Below the pieces are notes generated by a model. It saw only the letters and a program-made list of their open reading frames with translations. It did not search any database and was not told the origin of the DNA. A DNA stretch of 64,000 bases, taken from the NCBI GenBank assembly GCA_041747855.1, contig JBGTEJ010000042.1:321-64320 (forward strand), written 5' to 3'. The translations under genes and the position numbers were made by a program. This document shows positions 45,032 through 54,712 of the stretch, piece by piece (positions within the stretch are counted from its first letter, which is position 1; every line of letters begins with the position of its first letter). This stretch comes from Acidimicrobiia bacterium. Its GTDB lineage: Bacteria > Actinomycetota > Acidimicrobiia > Spongiisociales > ZC4RG35.

Positions 45032-45535
45032 TTAGGAGCCGGTGGCCTTCATCTCGTCGGCAACATCTTCTTCGACCCGGCGAAGCATCCCCAGGAACCC
45101 ATCCCTGTCGAGTTCGAACTGGGTGACATCTTCTTCCACATCGCGGGCGATTTCGTCGATGGCCACGAAGAATGCCAGCTGACCCTGGCGAAGTGCGTCG
45201 AGGATCTCGCCGTCATCATTGCTGACCGTGAAGATCGACTGGCCATCGGTGACCAGCTTGACCTGAGCTAGATGGTCGTCCATGGCCCCTTCCCGTCGGA
45301 GGTAGTCCCAGGCCCTTCTGACCCGTTGCAACGACATGCCGTTGTCGAGGAGGCTTCGGACTACCCGGAGGGCGACAAGATCGCGGAATGAATAGAGACG
45401 ACGAACTCCAGGGCGACCCCTGCTCCCTTGGACTGATGGCGCCACCAAACCAACTCGATCCCAATAGCGCAATTGATGCTGGGTGCATCCACTCAACCGG
45501 CATGCCTGCTCGGCTGTGAAGGCCTGATCTTCCAC
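45032..45535 (-). CDS. MerR-family transcriptional regulator
   Basis: HTH FTAEQACRLSGCTQHQLRYWDRVGLV...RRLYSFRDLVALRVVRSLLDNGMSLQRV. I prefer GTG 45535, which has GGAAG 6 nt upstream. The track uses TTG 45607. Confidence 0.8.
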   Translation of the reverse strand: MEDQAFTAEQACRLSGCTQHQLRYWDRVGLVAPSVQGSRGRPGVRRLYSFRDLVALRVVRSLLDNGMSLQRVRRAWDYLRREGAMDDHLAQVKLVTDGQSIFTVSNDDGEILDALRQGQLAFFVAIDEIARDVEEDVTQFELDRDGFLGMLRRVEEDVADEMKATGS

Positions 45536-45636
45536 TCGTGCTTCCAAGAACTTTCTAAAACTTCGCGAACCGGTTCGGGTCCGTCTCCAATGCTCCGCCC
45601 CATCCAACCGTATCTCCGTATGTATGGCGGGGTCGG

Positions 45637-45656
45637 GAACAATAGCCAGATTGTTC
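45637..45656. promoter_or_regulatory. 20-bp perfect palindrome GAACAAT-N6-ATTGTTC upstream of the MerR gene (candidate operator)
   Basis: The plus strand reads gaacaatagccagattgttc. The 7-bp arms are exact reverse complements. It lies in the DUF3040-MerR intergenic region. Confidence 0.5.
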
Positions 45657-45684
45657 GGCGGACCGCAGACCGGAACGGGGTCGA

Positions 45685-45987
45685 CTACTCCTCGAAGTCG
45701 TCGAGCAATTCAGGTTCGTACGAGTTCCACCCTTGAACTCTCAGAGCCTGGACCAGAGAGGTCGCCGAGACCACGAGGATCACAAAACCGGCCGCCGCGA
45801 TATAGGTCTCGGTGATGAAGAGAACAATCACGGCAAGTCCCACGAGAACTCCCACAGCCGAAAGACGAACTCCGATTCGTTTGGGACGCTGGATCCTCTG
45901 GACAGCCTTGGCCAGCTCAGGATCTTCCTGATAGAACTGACGCTCTATCTCGTCGAGGATTCTCTGTTCCTTGTCATCAAGCGGCAT
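45685..45987 (-). CDS. DUF3040-family membrane protein
   Basis: MPLDDKEQRILDEIERQFYQEDPELA followed by two TM helices, the typical DUF3040 layout. Confidence 0.75.
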   Translation of the reverse strand: MPLDDKEQRILDEIERQFYQEDPELAKAVQRIQRPKRIGVRLSAVGVLVGLAVIVLFITETYIAAAGFVILVVSATSLVQALRVQGWNSYEPELLDDFEE

Positions 45988-46062
45988 TCTCTACACCCAG
46001 TGCGACTTTGCGACTGCTTACTTAAATCCTACACCGGCTTGGGAAACATCGAACCCTGAAGT

Positions 46063-47226
46063 TCAACCGTTTTCGTCGATGAGTCGAGCCGACTTTATCG
46101 ACTGGTCACCGAATCGGCCACGGACCTCGAAGATTGCATCTTCGACCCGGTCCCACCCATCATCGACCTGAAGCTCGAGTTGGCCGATCTGGTCGATTGG
46201 CACCAGCTTCGAGCCTCCTAAACCGAGCAATCGAACCGGTTGATCGACACTGACTTCGTCGAGGAGGGAGACACCGATCCGATAGATCTCCCGCCAACCC
46301 TGGATCGCGCTTTTCCCGGTTCGACTCCGGGTTACTGTCTCGAAGCCGGCATACCGAACTTTTAGGGTGACCATGCGGGATGCCAGGCCATTTCTGCGCA
46401 ATCGAGATGACAGCCGGTGGGCGTGGGCGAGAAGAGCGGCACGCAGGACCTCCGGGCCCTCGAGGTCTGTGGAATAGGTTTCCTCGACCGACACGGATCT
46501 GGCTTCGATATCGGGCTCCACCGACCGGTGGTCCACACCGGACGCAAGACCCAGCAAGTGGGCCGAGGCGTTCGGACCGACCGCCCTTGTCAGGGTGGCG
46601 GACGGTAGTGCCGCTATGTCTGCCACGGTCTCGACACCAAGACGTTGCAACGCGGCCAGGGTGGCAGGACCGACCCCGGGAAGGGCCTCGGCGGGAAGGG
46701 CCTGCACGAACTCGAGTTGTACGTCCTCTGCAACATGGAACAGACCGTCCGGCTTGGCCCGCTCTGACGCCAACTTTGCGACCAGCTTGTTCGAGGCAAC
46801 ACCTACTGAGGCCGGCAAGCCGAGTTCTCTCCGGATGGAGGCCCTGACCTCGTTGCCGACTTCCACCGGCGACCGGTAGTGTCGACGCAGACCCCCGACA
46901 TCCATGAAGGCCTCATCGAGGCTGAGACCCTCGACCAGCGGGGTGACTGATCTGAAGATGGCGAAGACCCGGTTAGACACCTCTTCGTACTTGCCATGGC
47001 TTGGAGGGACCACTCTCAATTGCGGGCAGGCCCTGAGCGCAGTGACTGTCGGCTGAGCGGAGCGGACTCCAAACTTCCGCGCTTCGTATGACGCACTGGC
47101 GATAACGCCACGTGGACCGACACCCCCGACCGCCACCGGAATCCCATTGAGGGAAGGGTCGGCGAGACGTTCGACCTCGACGAAGAAGGAGTCCATATCT
47201 ACGTGAAGGATCGTTTCGGTCCACAC
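46063..47226 (-). CDS. dinB: DNA polymerase IV (Y-family)
   Basis: ILHVDMDSFFVEVE, SLDEAFMDV and a HhH region. GTG start. Confidence 0.92.
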   Translation of the reverse strand: MWTETILHVDMDSFFVEVERLADPSLNGIPVAVGGVGPRGVIASASYEARKFGVRSAQPTVTALRACPQLRVVPPSHGKYEEVSNRVFAIFRSVTPLVEGLSLDEAFMDVGGLRRHYRSPVEVGNEVRASIRRELGLPASVGVASNKLVAKLASERAKPDGLFHVAEDVQLEFVQALPAEALPGVGPATLAALQRLGVETVADIAALPSATLTRAVGPNASAHLLGLASGVDHRSVEPDIEARSVSVEETYSTDLEGPEVLRAALLAHAHRLSSRLRRNGLASRMVTLKVRYAGFETVTRSRTGKSAIQGWREIYRIGVSLLDEVSVDQPVRLLGLGGSKLVPIDQIGQLELQVDDGWDRVEDAIFEVRGRFGDQSIKSARLIDENG

Positions 47227-47277
47227 GACACCTGAAGTTACCCACGGTTAGTGACAAGACCGGCCAAACTGTCGCTA

Positions 47278-47952
47278 ATGGCTGCTCTGGTCCACCTGGT
47301 TCGACATGCTGAGGTCGACAACCCCCAACATCTCGTTTACGGGTCTCTGCCCGGGTTCGGGCTCTCTCCCCACGGGAAGGAGCAGGCCCGGCGTGTCGGC
47401 CGCTATCTAGGCCCCCGTCCGGTAGTTTCAATCTGGTCCTCCCCTCTGGAGTCAGCCCTTCGCACCGCTGAGGAGATCGCAGCACGATCTGGCGTTCCCG
47501 TCCGCGTCGACGATGGTCTACGCGACTGGTCAATCACCGACCGGTGGAAAGGACTTCCCTGGAATGCGGTCAAGGAGTCCTTCCCTGGAGAGCTCGAGGC
47601 CTATCTGGCCAATCCTCGGTCGATCACCTTCGCCGACGAAACCCTGGAACAGGTCGCCGATCGGGTGGCCGGGGTGGCGAGAAGACTCGATGTGGAACAC
47701 CCCCACGGTGATGTGGTGATCATCTCCCATCAAGATCCCATCCAGGCGGGCCGTTTGAAACTGACCGGGTCCAGCCTTTCCGAAATCCACGACGACATTT
47801 CCGACCACGGAGCAGTGGTGACACTTCGACCGGGGACTGCGTGGCGTGAGGAAACTCACTGGTCTCCTGGCGAATCGCCCCAGTTCGGTGACAAGTCCGA
47901 TCTCAGGGTTATTGCCGCCACCGACGGCCCGCCGCGCGCGACTCCCGCCTGA
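47278..47952 (+). CDS. histidine phosphatase (phosphoglycerate mutase) family protein
   Basis: ATG 47278 gives MAALVHLVRHAEVDN (RHG-type motif), and the second catalytic His is in VVIISHQDP. The track ORF starts at GTG 47251. Confidence 0.8.
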   Translation: MAALVHLVRHAEVDNPQHLVYGSLPGFGLSPHGKEQARRVGRYLGPRPVVSIWSSPLESALRTAEEIAARSGVPVRVDDGLRDWSITDRWKGLPWNAVKESFPGELEAYLANPRSITFADETLEQVADRVAGVARRLDVEHPHGDVVIISHQDPIQAGRLKLTGSSLSEIHDDISDHGAVVTLRPGTAWREETHWSPGESPQFGDKSDLRVIAATDGPPRATPA

Positions 47953-47972
47953 GTCGTGCCAGACTTCCGCTC

Positions 47973-48707
47973 GTGAAACTTGGTGCCGGGGCCGTCGCGC
48001 CCCTTGTCGCGGCTCTTGCCTGGACGGCGGTCATTCTCGTCACTCGAGAACCCGGTCAGGACCACACCACTCTTCTGCTGGGTATCGGTCTGATGCTCTC
48101 GGCGACGGTCGCCATGGTGGGAATGATCGTTGTCCAAGCCCGTTGGGCTCACCGTCTGGGATGGCTTGTCCTCCTTGCCACCGGTGTGGTTGCGGTCCGG
48201 ACCGAGACCTCACCCTGGTGGTACACCGCCCTTGCCATCTCAGCACTGTCCGCGATCGCTTTGGTTCTCAGCGCTTCTCAGGTCCGGCGGCTGCCGGCGG
48301 CGACGGGCCCCCCTGAACGTGCCGTCCTGGTCACCCTTCTTCTGTTGGGCGTTCCTTTCATGGTCGGAATATCGGTGGAGGCCCCGGTTTGGGCAGCACT
48401 CTCGATTGGGCTGTCCGCGCCGGCGGTCGCCCTGCTCTACAGCCGGGTCATCATCGGGGGTCTGCTGCTCGTGAGGCTAGGCTGGCCCTTGCTCACCCTG
48501 GTGGCGTCCGTGTTCGTCCCGTCGCCGGCGTGGATGGTTCCTGTCAGCCTGGCGATAGCTGTGGCCATCCTCGCACATGACCCGCTGGTGAAGACCGCCT
48601 TCCACCCCGTCCGTGAGACCGGCTCGACCTTCCCCATCCCTCCCGAGTTGACCCCCAAAGACATTCTCGATGCAGCCAGGCTCGATGACAGGGGTCGTCC
48701 CAGATGA
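47973..48707 (+). CDS. hypothetical polytopic membrane protein
   Basis: 244 aa with about 7 hydrophobic helices. I recognised no motif. Confidence 0.55.
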   Translation: MKLGAGAVAPLVAALAWTAVILVTREPGQDHTTLLLGIGLMLSATVAMVGMIVVQARWAHRLGWLVLLATGVVAVRTETSPWWYTALAISALSAIALVLSASQVRRLPAATGPPERAVLVTLLLLGVPFMVGISVEAPVWAALSIGLSAPAVALLYSRVIIGGLLLVRLGWPLLTLVASVFVPSPAWMVPVSLAIAVAILAHDPLVKTAFHPVRETGSTFPIPPELTPKDILDAARLDDRGRPR

Positions 48708-48946
48708 GGCGCCGACCAAACCCTTGGGTGGTCTTACCCTCCCTGTCCATGGGGATCCTCGCCGCGGTCGTCGCATGGTGGATCACGGATGCGACCTGTC
48801 GGTACAACAGTTCCGTGGGCGTCGGATGTCCTGGCTGGGCATTCTTTCTCACCACCGTCAGTTTCCTGGGGGTGACACTCGGAGTTGGCCTGCTCCTGGT
48901 GTTGGTCTACAGAAGTCTCTCTGAATGGAAGGAACGGTCGGGCTAG
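48704..48946 (+). CDS. hypothetical small membrane protein (2 TM)
   Basis: ATGA overlap with the upstream gene. Two hydrophobic helices flank the loop C-RYNSSVGVG-C. Confidence 0.45.
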   Translation: MRRRPNPWVVLPSLSMGILAAVVAWWITDATCRYNSSVGVGCPGWAFFLTTVSFLGVTLGVGLLLVLVYRSLSEWKERSG

Positions 48947-49314
48947 GGCCCCAAATGCTCGAGGAGGATCTGCCAGTCTCCATGTGATCGCTTCAGGACG
49001 CAGGTCCCCCGTCCTCCCCCGGAGGCGGGCTCGCCATTGATCAAACCTTCCCAGGCGAACTTGTAGTGGGCCACCGCCACGCTCTCGGACCGTTCTATCC
49101 AGTTCAGCTCCGAGATGGTGTAGGTCTCATCCCTTATCAACTCGAAAGTCGTCCGGAAGGCCGCCTCCACTTCTCCCTTCCCGACGAACGTGCCACTCGA
49201 GAACACCGCAACACAGTCCTCGTGGATCATCGGTGCGACTTGTTCCCAATCCTGGCTGGTCAGGGCAGCCTCGTAGCGACGAATACAGTCATCCGGGCTC
49301 GAGATCACGTCCAT
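48943..49314 (-). CDS. NTF2-like / SnoaL-DUF4440-type small protein
   Basis: 123 aa. The pattern YEAALTSQDWEQVAPMIHEDCVAVFSSGTFVGKGEV...GDWQILLEH is typical of the NTF2-like fold. Confidence 0.6.
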   Translation of the reverse strand: MDVISSPDDCIRRYEAALTSQDWEQVAPMIHEDCVAVFSSGTFVGKGEVEAAFRTTFELIRDETYTISELNWIERSESVAVAHYKFAWEGLINGEPASGGGRGTCVLKRSHGDWQILLEHLGP

Positions 49315-49327
49315 CTCCCTGGCGACC

Positions 49328-50578
49328 TCAAACCCGGCTGAGGATCAGGGAGACGTTGTGGCCTCCGAACCCGAAAGAATTCGACATGACGTGGTCGAAA
49401 TTGGCTTCCCTGGCCTGGTTGGGAACATAGTCGAGATCGCATTCCGGGTCCGGGGTGGTGTAGTTGATCGTCGGAGGCAGAACCTGATCGCGCAACGCCA
49501 TGATTGAGATGATCGCCTCGACCGCTCCAGCGCCGCCCAGAAGATGACCTGTCATCGACTTGGTCGACGAGACCGGGGTCCGGTAGGCACGTTCGCCGAG
49601 TGCGATCTTGATGGCCGCCGTCTCAGTCGAGTCGTTGGCCTGCGTCGAAGTCCCATGTGCGTTGATGTATCCGATACTCTCGTCCGGCAGTCGGGCATCG
49701 TCGATGGCCGCTCTCATCGCCTTGGCCGCTCCCATGCCACCGGGTTTGGGGAGCGTTATGTGATAGGCGTCGGCCGACATTCCATATCCGGTCACTTCGG
49801 CCAGGACATCGGCACCACGGTCCCGCGCATGGTCGAGACTCTCCAGGAGCAACACCGCACCACCTTCGCCCATCAGAAATCCATCGCGGTCGGCATCGAA
49901 AGGTCTGGAGGCCCCATGAGGGTCGTCGTTCCGGCTGGTGAGTGCTCGAGCCTGGGCAAACGTGGAGATCCCGAAGTCGAGAATGGTGGCTTCAGCGCCG
50001 CCTGCCACCATCACATCGGCTGCGCCCCGTCTGATGATCTCGGCGGCGTCTCCTATCGCGTTCGCCGATGCACTGCACGCTGTGACAACACATGACACCG
50101 GCCCGGTCAGATTGTGTTCGATCGAGACCAACCCGGCAGCCATGTTGGGAATGATCCGCGGCACCCCTGTTGGACTGACCCGGTCCGGGCCACGCGAGCC
50201 GAGCGTATTGATCTCGTCGATGAACGAGCTCATCCCCCCAAAGCCGGCGCCCACAATCACACCCGTCCTGGACGCAGCCTCCTCATCGTTCTGGAAGTCG
50301 ATCCCGGCATGCGCCATCGCCTGACGCGCAGCGACAATGAAGAACTCAGAGAACCTATCGAGTCTCCTCTTCTCCTGTGGGGTGAAGTGTGCAGATGAGT
50401 CCCATCCTTTCACCTCTGCGGCAATTGTGGTCCGATATCCAGTCGTATCGAAGAGTGTGATGGGGCCTGCGCCGGACACCCCTGACCGCACCGCCTCCCA
50501 GGTTGATGACGCGTCGAGTCCCACCGGGGTGACGGCACCAAGTCCGGTGACGACGACCCGTCTCCGGTCTGCCGACAC
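49328..50578 (-). CDS. fabF: beta-ketoacyl-ACP synthase II
   Basis: Active-site Cys in VVTACSASANAIG, and His residues in INAHGTSTQAND and KSMTGHLLGGAG. Confidence 0.94.
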   Translation of the reverse strand: MSADRRRVVVTGLGAVTPVGLDASSTWEAVRSGVSGAGPITLFDTTGYRTTIAAEVKGWDSSAHFTPQEKRRLDRFSEFFIVAARQAMAHAGIDFQNDEEAASRTGVIVGAGFGGMSSFIDEINTLGSRGPDRVSPTGVPRIIPNMAAGLVSIEHNLTGPVSCVVTACSASANAIGDAAEIIRRGAADVMVAGGAEATILDFGISTFAQARALTSRNDDPHGASRPFDADRDGFLMGEGGAVLLLESLDHARDRGADVLAEVTGYGMSADAYHITLPKPGGMGAAKAMRAAIDDARLPDESIGYINAHGTSTQANDSTETAAIKIALGERAYRTPVSSTKSMTGHLLGGAGAVEAIISIMALRDQVLPPTINYTTPDPECDLDYVPNQAREANFDHVMSNSFGFGGHNVSLILSRV

Positions 50579-50583
50579 AGGTG

Positions 50584-50829
50584 CTAACCGGCCAGCTTGC
50601 CGTGCACCAGGTCGATCGCCTGACCCACGGTCATGATCGACTCGGCCTCATCGTCGGGGATCTTGACGTCGAACTCGTCCTCGAGTGCCATCAGTAGCTC
50701 GACCACTCCGAGGCTGTCCACATCTAGATCCTCCTCGAAGTGGGCACCGTCGTTGATCTTCTCTGCGTCGAGTCCGAGTTCGGAAACCAGGACCGTGGTG
50801 AGACGGTCCGATACGTGCTGTCTATCCAT
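50584..50829 (-). CDS. acpP: acyl carrier protein
   Basis: 81 aa. The phosphopantetheine site is DLDVDSLGVVELLMALEDEF. Confidence 0.94.
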   Translation of the reverse strand: MDRQHVSDRLTTVLVSELGLDAEKINDGAHFEEDLDVDSLGVVELLMALEDEFDVKIPDDEAESIMTVGQAIDLVHGKLAG

Positions 50830-50862
50830 TGGTTCTTCTCCTATCTTGTTTGTTGGCGCAAC

Positions 50863-51603
50863 TTATAGCGCGATCCCTCCATCGACCGCGATCACCTGCC
50901 CGGTGATGTAGCCGGACCTATCCGATGCGAGAAAGTCGACGAGGGCCGCCACCTCCTCGGCTTCTCCGAACCGTCCCAACGCGATCGCATTCTCTGCGGT
51001 CTTCTTGACCGAGTCAGGAAGTATCGCCGTCAGGTCCGTCGAGATGTAGCCCGGAGCAACCACGTTCGCCGTGATCCCCCTCGAGCCGACCTCCTTTGCC
51101 ACCGACTTCGTGAAGCCGATCAGCCCGGCTTTCGAGGCCGCGTAGTTGGCCTGACCGGCATTGCCCTGGATCCCGGCCACGGACGCGATGGAAATGACCC
51201 GCCCCCATTTCGCCCGGACCATGTCCCGCAGCGCGGTCTTGGTACACAGGTAGGCCGAACGCAGGTTGGTGGCGATGACGATATCGAAGTCCTCCGCCGA
51301 CATCCTCAGCAGCAGATTGTCCCTGGTGATACCGGCGTTGTTGACCAGAATCTCGACCGGTCCGAACCTCTCCTTGGCCTCTGCGAAGAGGGCCGCCACC
51401 TGATCCTCCTCGGACACGTCGGCGAGCACCGCGTGAGCTTCGCCTCCAGCAGCCGTGATTTCGGCGACCACCGCGTCGGCCTCAGCAGCACGACGGGCGT
51501 AGTTCACCACCACCTTGTGTCCGGACCGACCCAAAGTGAGTGCCATGGACCGACCCAAACCCCGGGATCCACCGGTGACCAGCGCTATCCGCCCTGAGGT
51601 CAC
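50863..51603 (-). CDS. fabG: 3-oxoacyl-ACP reductase
   Basis: SDR signatures TGGSRGLG, NNAG and S...YAASKAG. Context is between fabH and acpP. Confidence 0.92.
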   Translation of the reverse strand: MTSGRIALVTGGSRGLGRSMALTLGRSGHKVVVNYARRAAEADAVVAEITAAGGEAHAVLADVSEEDQVAALFAEAKERFGPVEILVNNAGITRDNLLLRMSAEDFDIVIATNLRSAYLCTKTALRDMVRAKWGRVISIASVAGIQGNAGQANYAASKAGLIGFTKSVAKEVGSRGITANVVAPGYISTDLTAILPDSVKKTAENAIALGRFGEAEEVAALVDFLASDRSGYITGQVIAVDGGIAL

Positions 51604-52685
51604 GACAACTTCTCCGGCAAACCGAAGAAGTCGAAGTTAGGTTGAAGCAGGTCGAGAGTGGTGCGGTCGGTCGCCGGTAGTTCGACATCGGATTTCTCGA
51701 GAGGCTCGACGCGGTCCCCCCAGCGGTAGGCAACCGAACCCCAGGTCAGACCACCCCCGAACGCGGTGAACACCACCACGTCACCAGGCTTGATCCGCCC
51801 CTGTTCGAGGGCCTCTGCGAGAGCAACCGGAATGGTCGCAGCTGATGTGTTCCCGTAGGAGGCGATATTGACGTACATCTTCGAATCGTCGAGGCCCATC
51901 CGTCTAGCCGTGGCATCGATGATCCTCACGTTCGCCTGGTGGGGTATCACCAACGCCACGTCATCGAGAGTCAAACCCGCACGATCCAGGGCCAACGCGG
52001 AGGATTCCGCCATCTTCACGACGGCGCGGCGGAAGACCTCCTGACCTTCCATGCTGATGCCGGACTTCCTCGGGTCGAGAGGCCTCCTGTCACCGTAGGA
52101 GCCATCTTCGGGCACTTCGAGAATGTGACCCACCGCTCCGTCCAGCCCGAGATCGGAGGCGAGAACACCAGCTGGCCCATCCGACGCTTCCAGGACCACG
52201 GCCCCGGCGCCGTCACCGAACAAGACGCAGGTGGTGCGATCGGTGAAGTCCATGATGTGGTGGAGTTTCTCCGTGCCAACCACCAACACGACCTTGTTGG
52301 TACCGCCTCTGATCATGTTGGTCCCGACGACGAGCCCATACACGAACCCCGAACATGCGGCATTGAGGTCCATGGCGGCGGCATTCCAGGCCTGAAGGTG
52401 CTTCTGCACGACACTGGCAGTGGAAGGGATTATGGAGTCTCCGCTGCAGGTGGCCACCAGTATCAGATCAACCTCATCGACTGTCTTTCCGGCAGCGGCG
52501 AGTGCGCGGTGGCAGGCAACCGCCGCCAGTTCGGACGCCTCGACATGACTGATCCGACGCTCCTTGATACCGGTCCGACTTGTGATCCACTCATCAGTGG
52601 TCTCGACAAGTTGCTCCAGATCGTGATTCGAGAGCACATTCGGGGGCATGCACATCCCCCACCCGGTTATTTCGGCCGTCAGCAT
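51600..52685 (-). CDS. fabH: beta-ketoacyl-ACP synthase III, with a C-terminal extension of about 35 aa
   Basis: Cys in NAACSGFVYGL, His in VIPHQANVRI, and Asn in YGNTSAATIP. The tail after GGGLTWGS is longer than I expect for FabH. Confidence 0.9.
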   Translation of the reverse strand: MLTAEITGWGMCMPPNVLSNHDLEQLVETTDEWITSRTGIKERRISHVEASELAAVACHRALAAAGKTVDEVDLILVATCSGDSIIPSTASVVQKHLQAWNAAAMDLNAACSGFVYGLVVGTNMIRGGTNKVVLVVGTEKLHHIMDFTDRTTCVLFGDGAGAVVLEASDGPAGVLASDLGLDGAVGHILEVPEDGSYGDRRPLDPRKSGISMEGQEVFRRAVVKMAESSALALDRAGLTLDDVALVIPHQANVRIIDATARRMGLDDSKMYVNIASYGNTSAATIPVALAEALEQGRIKPGDVVVFTAFGGGLTWGSVAYRWGDRVEPLEKSDVELPATDRTTLDLLQPNFDFFGLPEKLS

Positions 52686-52697
52686 CGTCTCACCACT

Positions 52698-53633
52698 TCA
52701 CATCGTACCGAGGCTGTCGACCGCCGTGCCGATGTCGGCCTCATCCGATATCACCAGAACCGTCGCGTCGGGAAGTGTCTTCCGCGCCATGCCAGCGGTC
52801 ACATCACCTGGACCGACATGTAAGAAGGTGCGTACACCGGACTCCCACATCGCGAGGAGGCTATCCGCGAACCGGACGGGCGAGACGACCTGACGTGTCA
52901 GGGTCGTCCTCAGGTCCTCGACTCGGTGGGGTCGGGCGAGAGTGTTGGACCACACCGGGAACCCGGGCTCAGAGATCACGATCGCCTCCAGCGCCTCCTC
53001 CAGTTCAGCCACCGCGGGGTCCATGAAAGACGAGTGGAAGGCGCCGGCTACTTTCAAAGTGATGACCCTTCGCACCCCGAGACTGCCCCCATTTGCATGG
53101 AGCCACTCCAGATCATCCAGCGAACCAGCCACCACGACCTGACCTGGCGAATTCAAGTTGGCGACCTGGAGTCGTCCGCCCAATTCTCGGCGTGCCGTAA
53201 CCAACCCTTCGGCCAGGTCGAGATCAGCCCCGATCAACGCCGCCATCCCTGAAGGCTCCCGGTCGGCCGCCTCAGCCATAGCCCTGCCTCTCATGGCGAC
53301 GGCAGTCAGTCCATGCTCAAAGCTGAAGGCTCCGGCTGCCGCCAACGCGGTGTACTCACCGAGCGAGTGACCGGCGGCCGCTGCCGGCACGGCTCCGAGT
53401 TCCTCCTGGAAACACTTCCAGAGGGTGTAGGACACGGCGTACAGAGCGGGTTGGGCGTGTTCGGTCCTGGTCAACATCTCTTCGGGGCCATCGAGACACA
53501 TGCTCTTCAGGGACCAGCCGAGCAGATCATCTGTGGATTCCCCTAGGAGATCAGGGCGCTTCTCGAACAGGGAGGCACCCATTCCGACGAATTGACTCCC
53601 CTGGCCGGGGAAGAGGACTGCGAAGCTCACCAC
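52698..53633 (-). CDS. fabD: malonyl-CoA:ACP transacylase
   Basis: GTG 53633 (or 53630) gives VVSFAVLFPGQGSQFVGMG, and the active site is AAGHSLGEYTALAAAG. I rejected the 473-aa track ORF, which runs through ltaE in another frame. Confidence 0.9.
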   Translation of the reverse strand: MVSFAVLFPGQGSQFVGMGASLFEKRPDLLGESTDDLLGWSLKSMCLDGPEEMLTRTEHAQPALYAVSYTLWKCFQEELGAVPAAAAGHSLGEYTALAAAGAFSFEHGLTAVAMRGRAMAEAADREPSGMAALIGADLDLAEGLVTARRELGGRLQVANLNSPGQVVVAGSLDDLEWLHANGGSLGVRRVITLKVAGAFHSSFMDPAVAELEEALEAIVISEPGFPVWSNTLARPHRVEDLRTTLTRQVVSPVRFADSLLAMWESGVRTFLHVGPGDVTAGMARKTLPDATVLVISDEADIGTAVDSLGTM

Positions 53634-53662
53634 GGTTTCCGACCCTTGGGAAGATCGATGGG

Positions 53663-54688
53663 TTACGACAACACACCGAGGAGGCGGTCCACGTCGGCGG
53701 CATCGACATCCCGATGAGTGACCAGACGCCAGAAGCCCCCGATCGGCTTGTTTGCCACCAGACCCCCGTCCTTCAGACGCTGACTGACCTCGGCCCAGCT
53801 CATTCCCAGCGTCGAGAAGTCGACCCGGACCATGTTGGAATCCACAATGTCGGTATCCACAGATCCGGGGAACCGCTCGGAGATGGCATCCCCCAGCTTC
53901 CGGGCCAGAACATGGTCTTCGATCAACCTTGCCCTCCCGGCCAACGCGACCCTCGCCGCAGCGGCCAGGACACCTGCCTGACGCATCCCACCACCCATTC
54001 GCTTCCTCAGATAGCGGATCTCGGAGATCACATCGGAGTCTCCACACACCATGGATCCAACGGGAGCACCCAGTCCCTTGGAGAAACAAAACTGGATGGT
54101 GTCCGCAGTCGCCGCCCACCTGTCCGCCTCGACCCCCGTAGCGACCACTGCGTTGAAGATCCTGGCCCCATCGATGTGGACCGAAAGACCGTGTTCACGT
54201 GCCTTTGCCGATGACGTCTCCATGAAATCGATAGGGATGACCCGACCACCCGACATGTTGTGGGTGTTCTCCCAGACCATGAGCCCGATTCGGGGATAGA
54301 AACCGACCATCGACATCGCCCTGTCGATCTCGTCGACGCTGATCCGACCACCCTCCCCGGGGACGGTACGGAACCCCACACCGGAGAAGGCCTGAGGAGC
54401 ACCACCCTCTATCGACCGCACATGACTGTCCTCGTGGGCAAGCACTTCCTCACCGGGATTGGTGTGATACATGATGCACAACTGGTTCCCCATCGTCCCC
54501 GTCGGCACGAATAGCCCCGCAGCCTTTCCCGTGACCTGGGCTGACTCCTCCTCCAACAGGTTGACGGTGGGGTCCTCGCGATAGACGTCGTCTCCCAATG
54601 GGGCCGACGTCATGGCCGCAAGCATGTCAGCTGTGGGGCGGGTGACCGTGTCGGAGCGGAAGTCAGCTACACCGTCAGGAAAGGACAT
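53663..54688 (-). CDS. ltaE: low-specificity L-threonine aldolase (PLP)
   Basis: FRSDTVTRPT, GDDVYREDPTVNLLEEE, and the PLP lysine in FCFSKGLGAPVGS. Confidence 0.85.
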   Translation of the reverse strand: MSFPDGVADFRSDTVTRPTADMLAAMTSAPLGDDVYREDPTVNLLEEESAQVTGKAAGLFVPTGTMGNQLCIMYHTNPGEEVLAHEDSHVRSIEGGAPQAFSGVGFRTVPGEGGRISVDEIDRAMSMVGFYPRIGLMVWENTHNMSGGRVIPIDFMETSSAKAREHGLSVHIDGARIFNAVVATGVEADRWAATADTIQFCFSKGLGAPVGSMVCGDSDVISEIRYLRKRMGGGMRQAGVLAAAARVALAGRARLIEDHVLARKLGDAISERFPGSVDTDIVDSNMVRVDFSTLGMSWAEVSQRLKDGGLVANKPIGGFWRLVTHRDVDAADVDRLLGVLS

Positions 54689-54712
54689 GCGCTGATGGTA
54701 ATCGGGGCGCTT

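Larger units (their letters stand above)
49328..53633 (-). other. type II fatty-acid synthase operon fabD-fabH-fabG-acpP-fabF
   Basis: Five adjacent co-directional genes with catalytic motifs intact. Gaps are 5-33 nt or overlaps. Confidence 0.93.

Noticed and set aside
45637-45656. GAACAAT-N6-ATTGTTC palindrome as a LexA/SOS box (dinB is nearby)
   Set aside because: Actinobacterial and Gram-positive SOS boxes have GAAC-N4-GTTC spacing. Here the GAAC and GTTC are 12 nt apart and the site is not upstream of dinB. I kept it only as a candidate MerR operator.
46001-46015. Direct repeat TGCGACT-T-TGCGACT just upstream of the DUF3040 start
   Set aside because: It is only 7 nt repeated twice, has no partner sites elsewhere in the window, and is compatible with chance. 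Not reported as a feature.
47227-47277. SOS box or other damage-response operator upstream of dinB (and of dnaE at 11592-11772)
   Set aside because: I found no GAAC-N4-GTTC or comparable palindrome in either upstream region.
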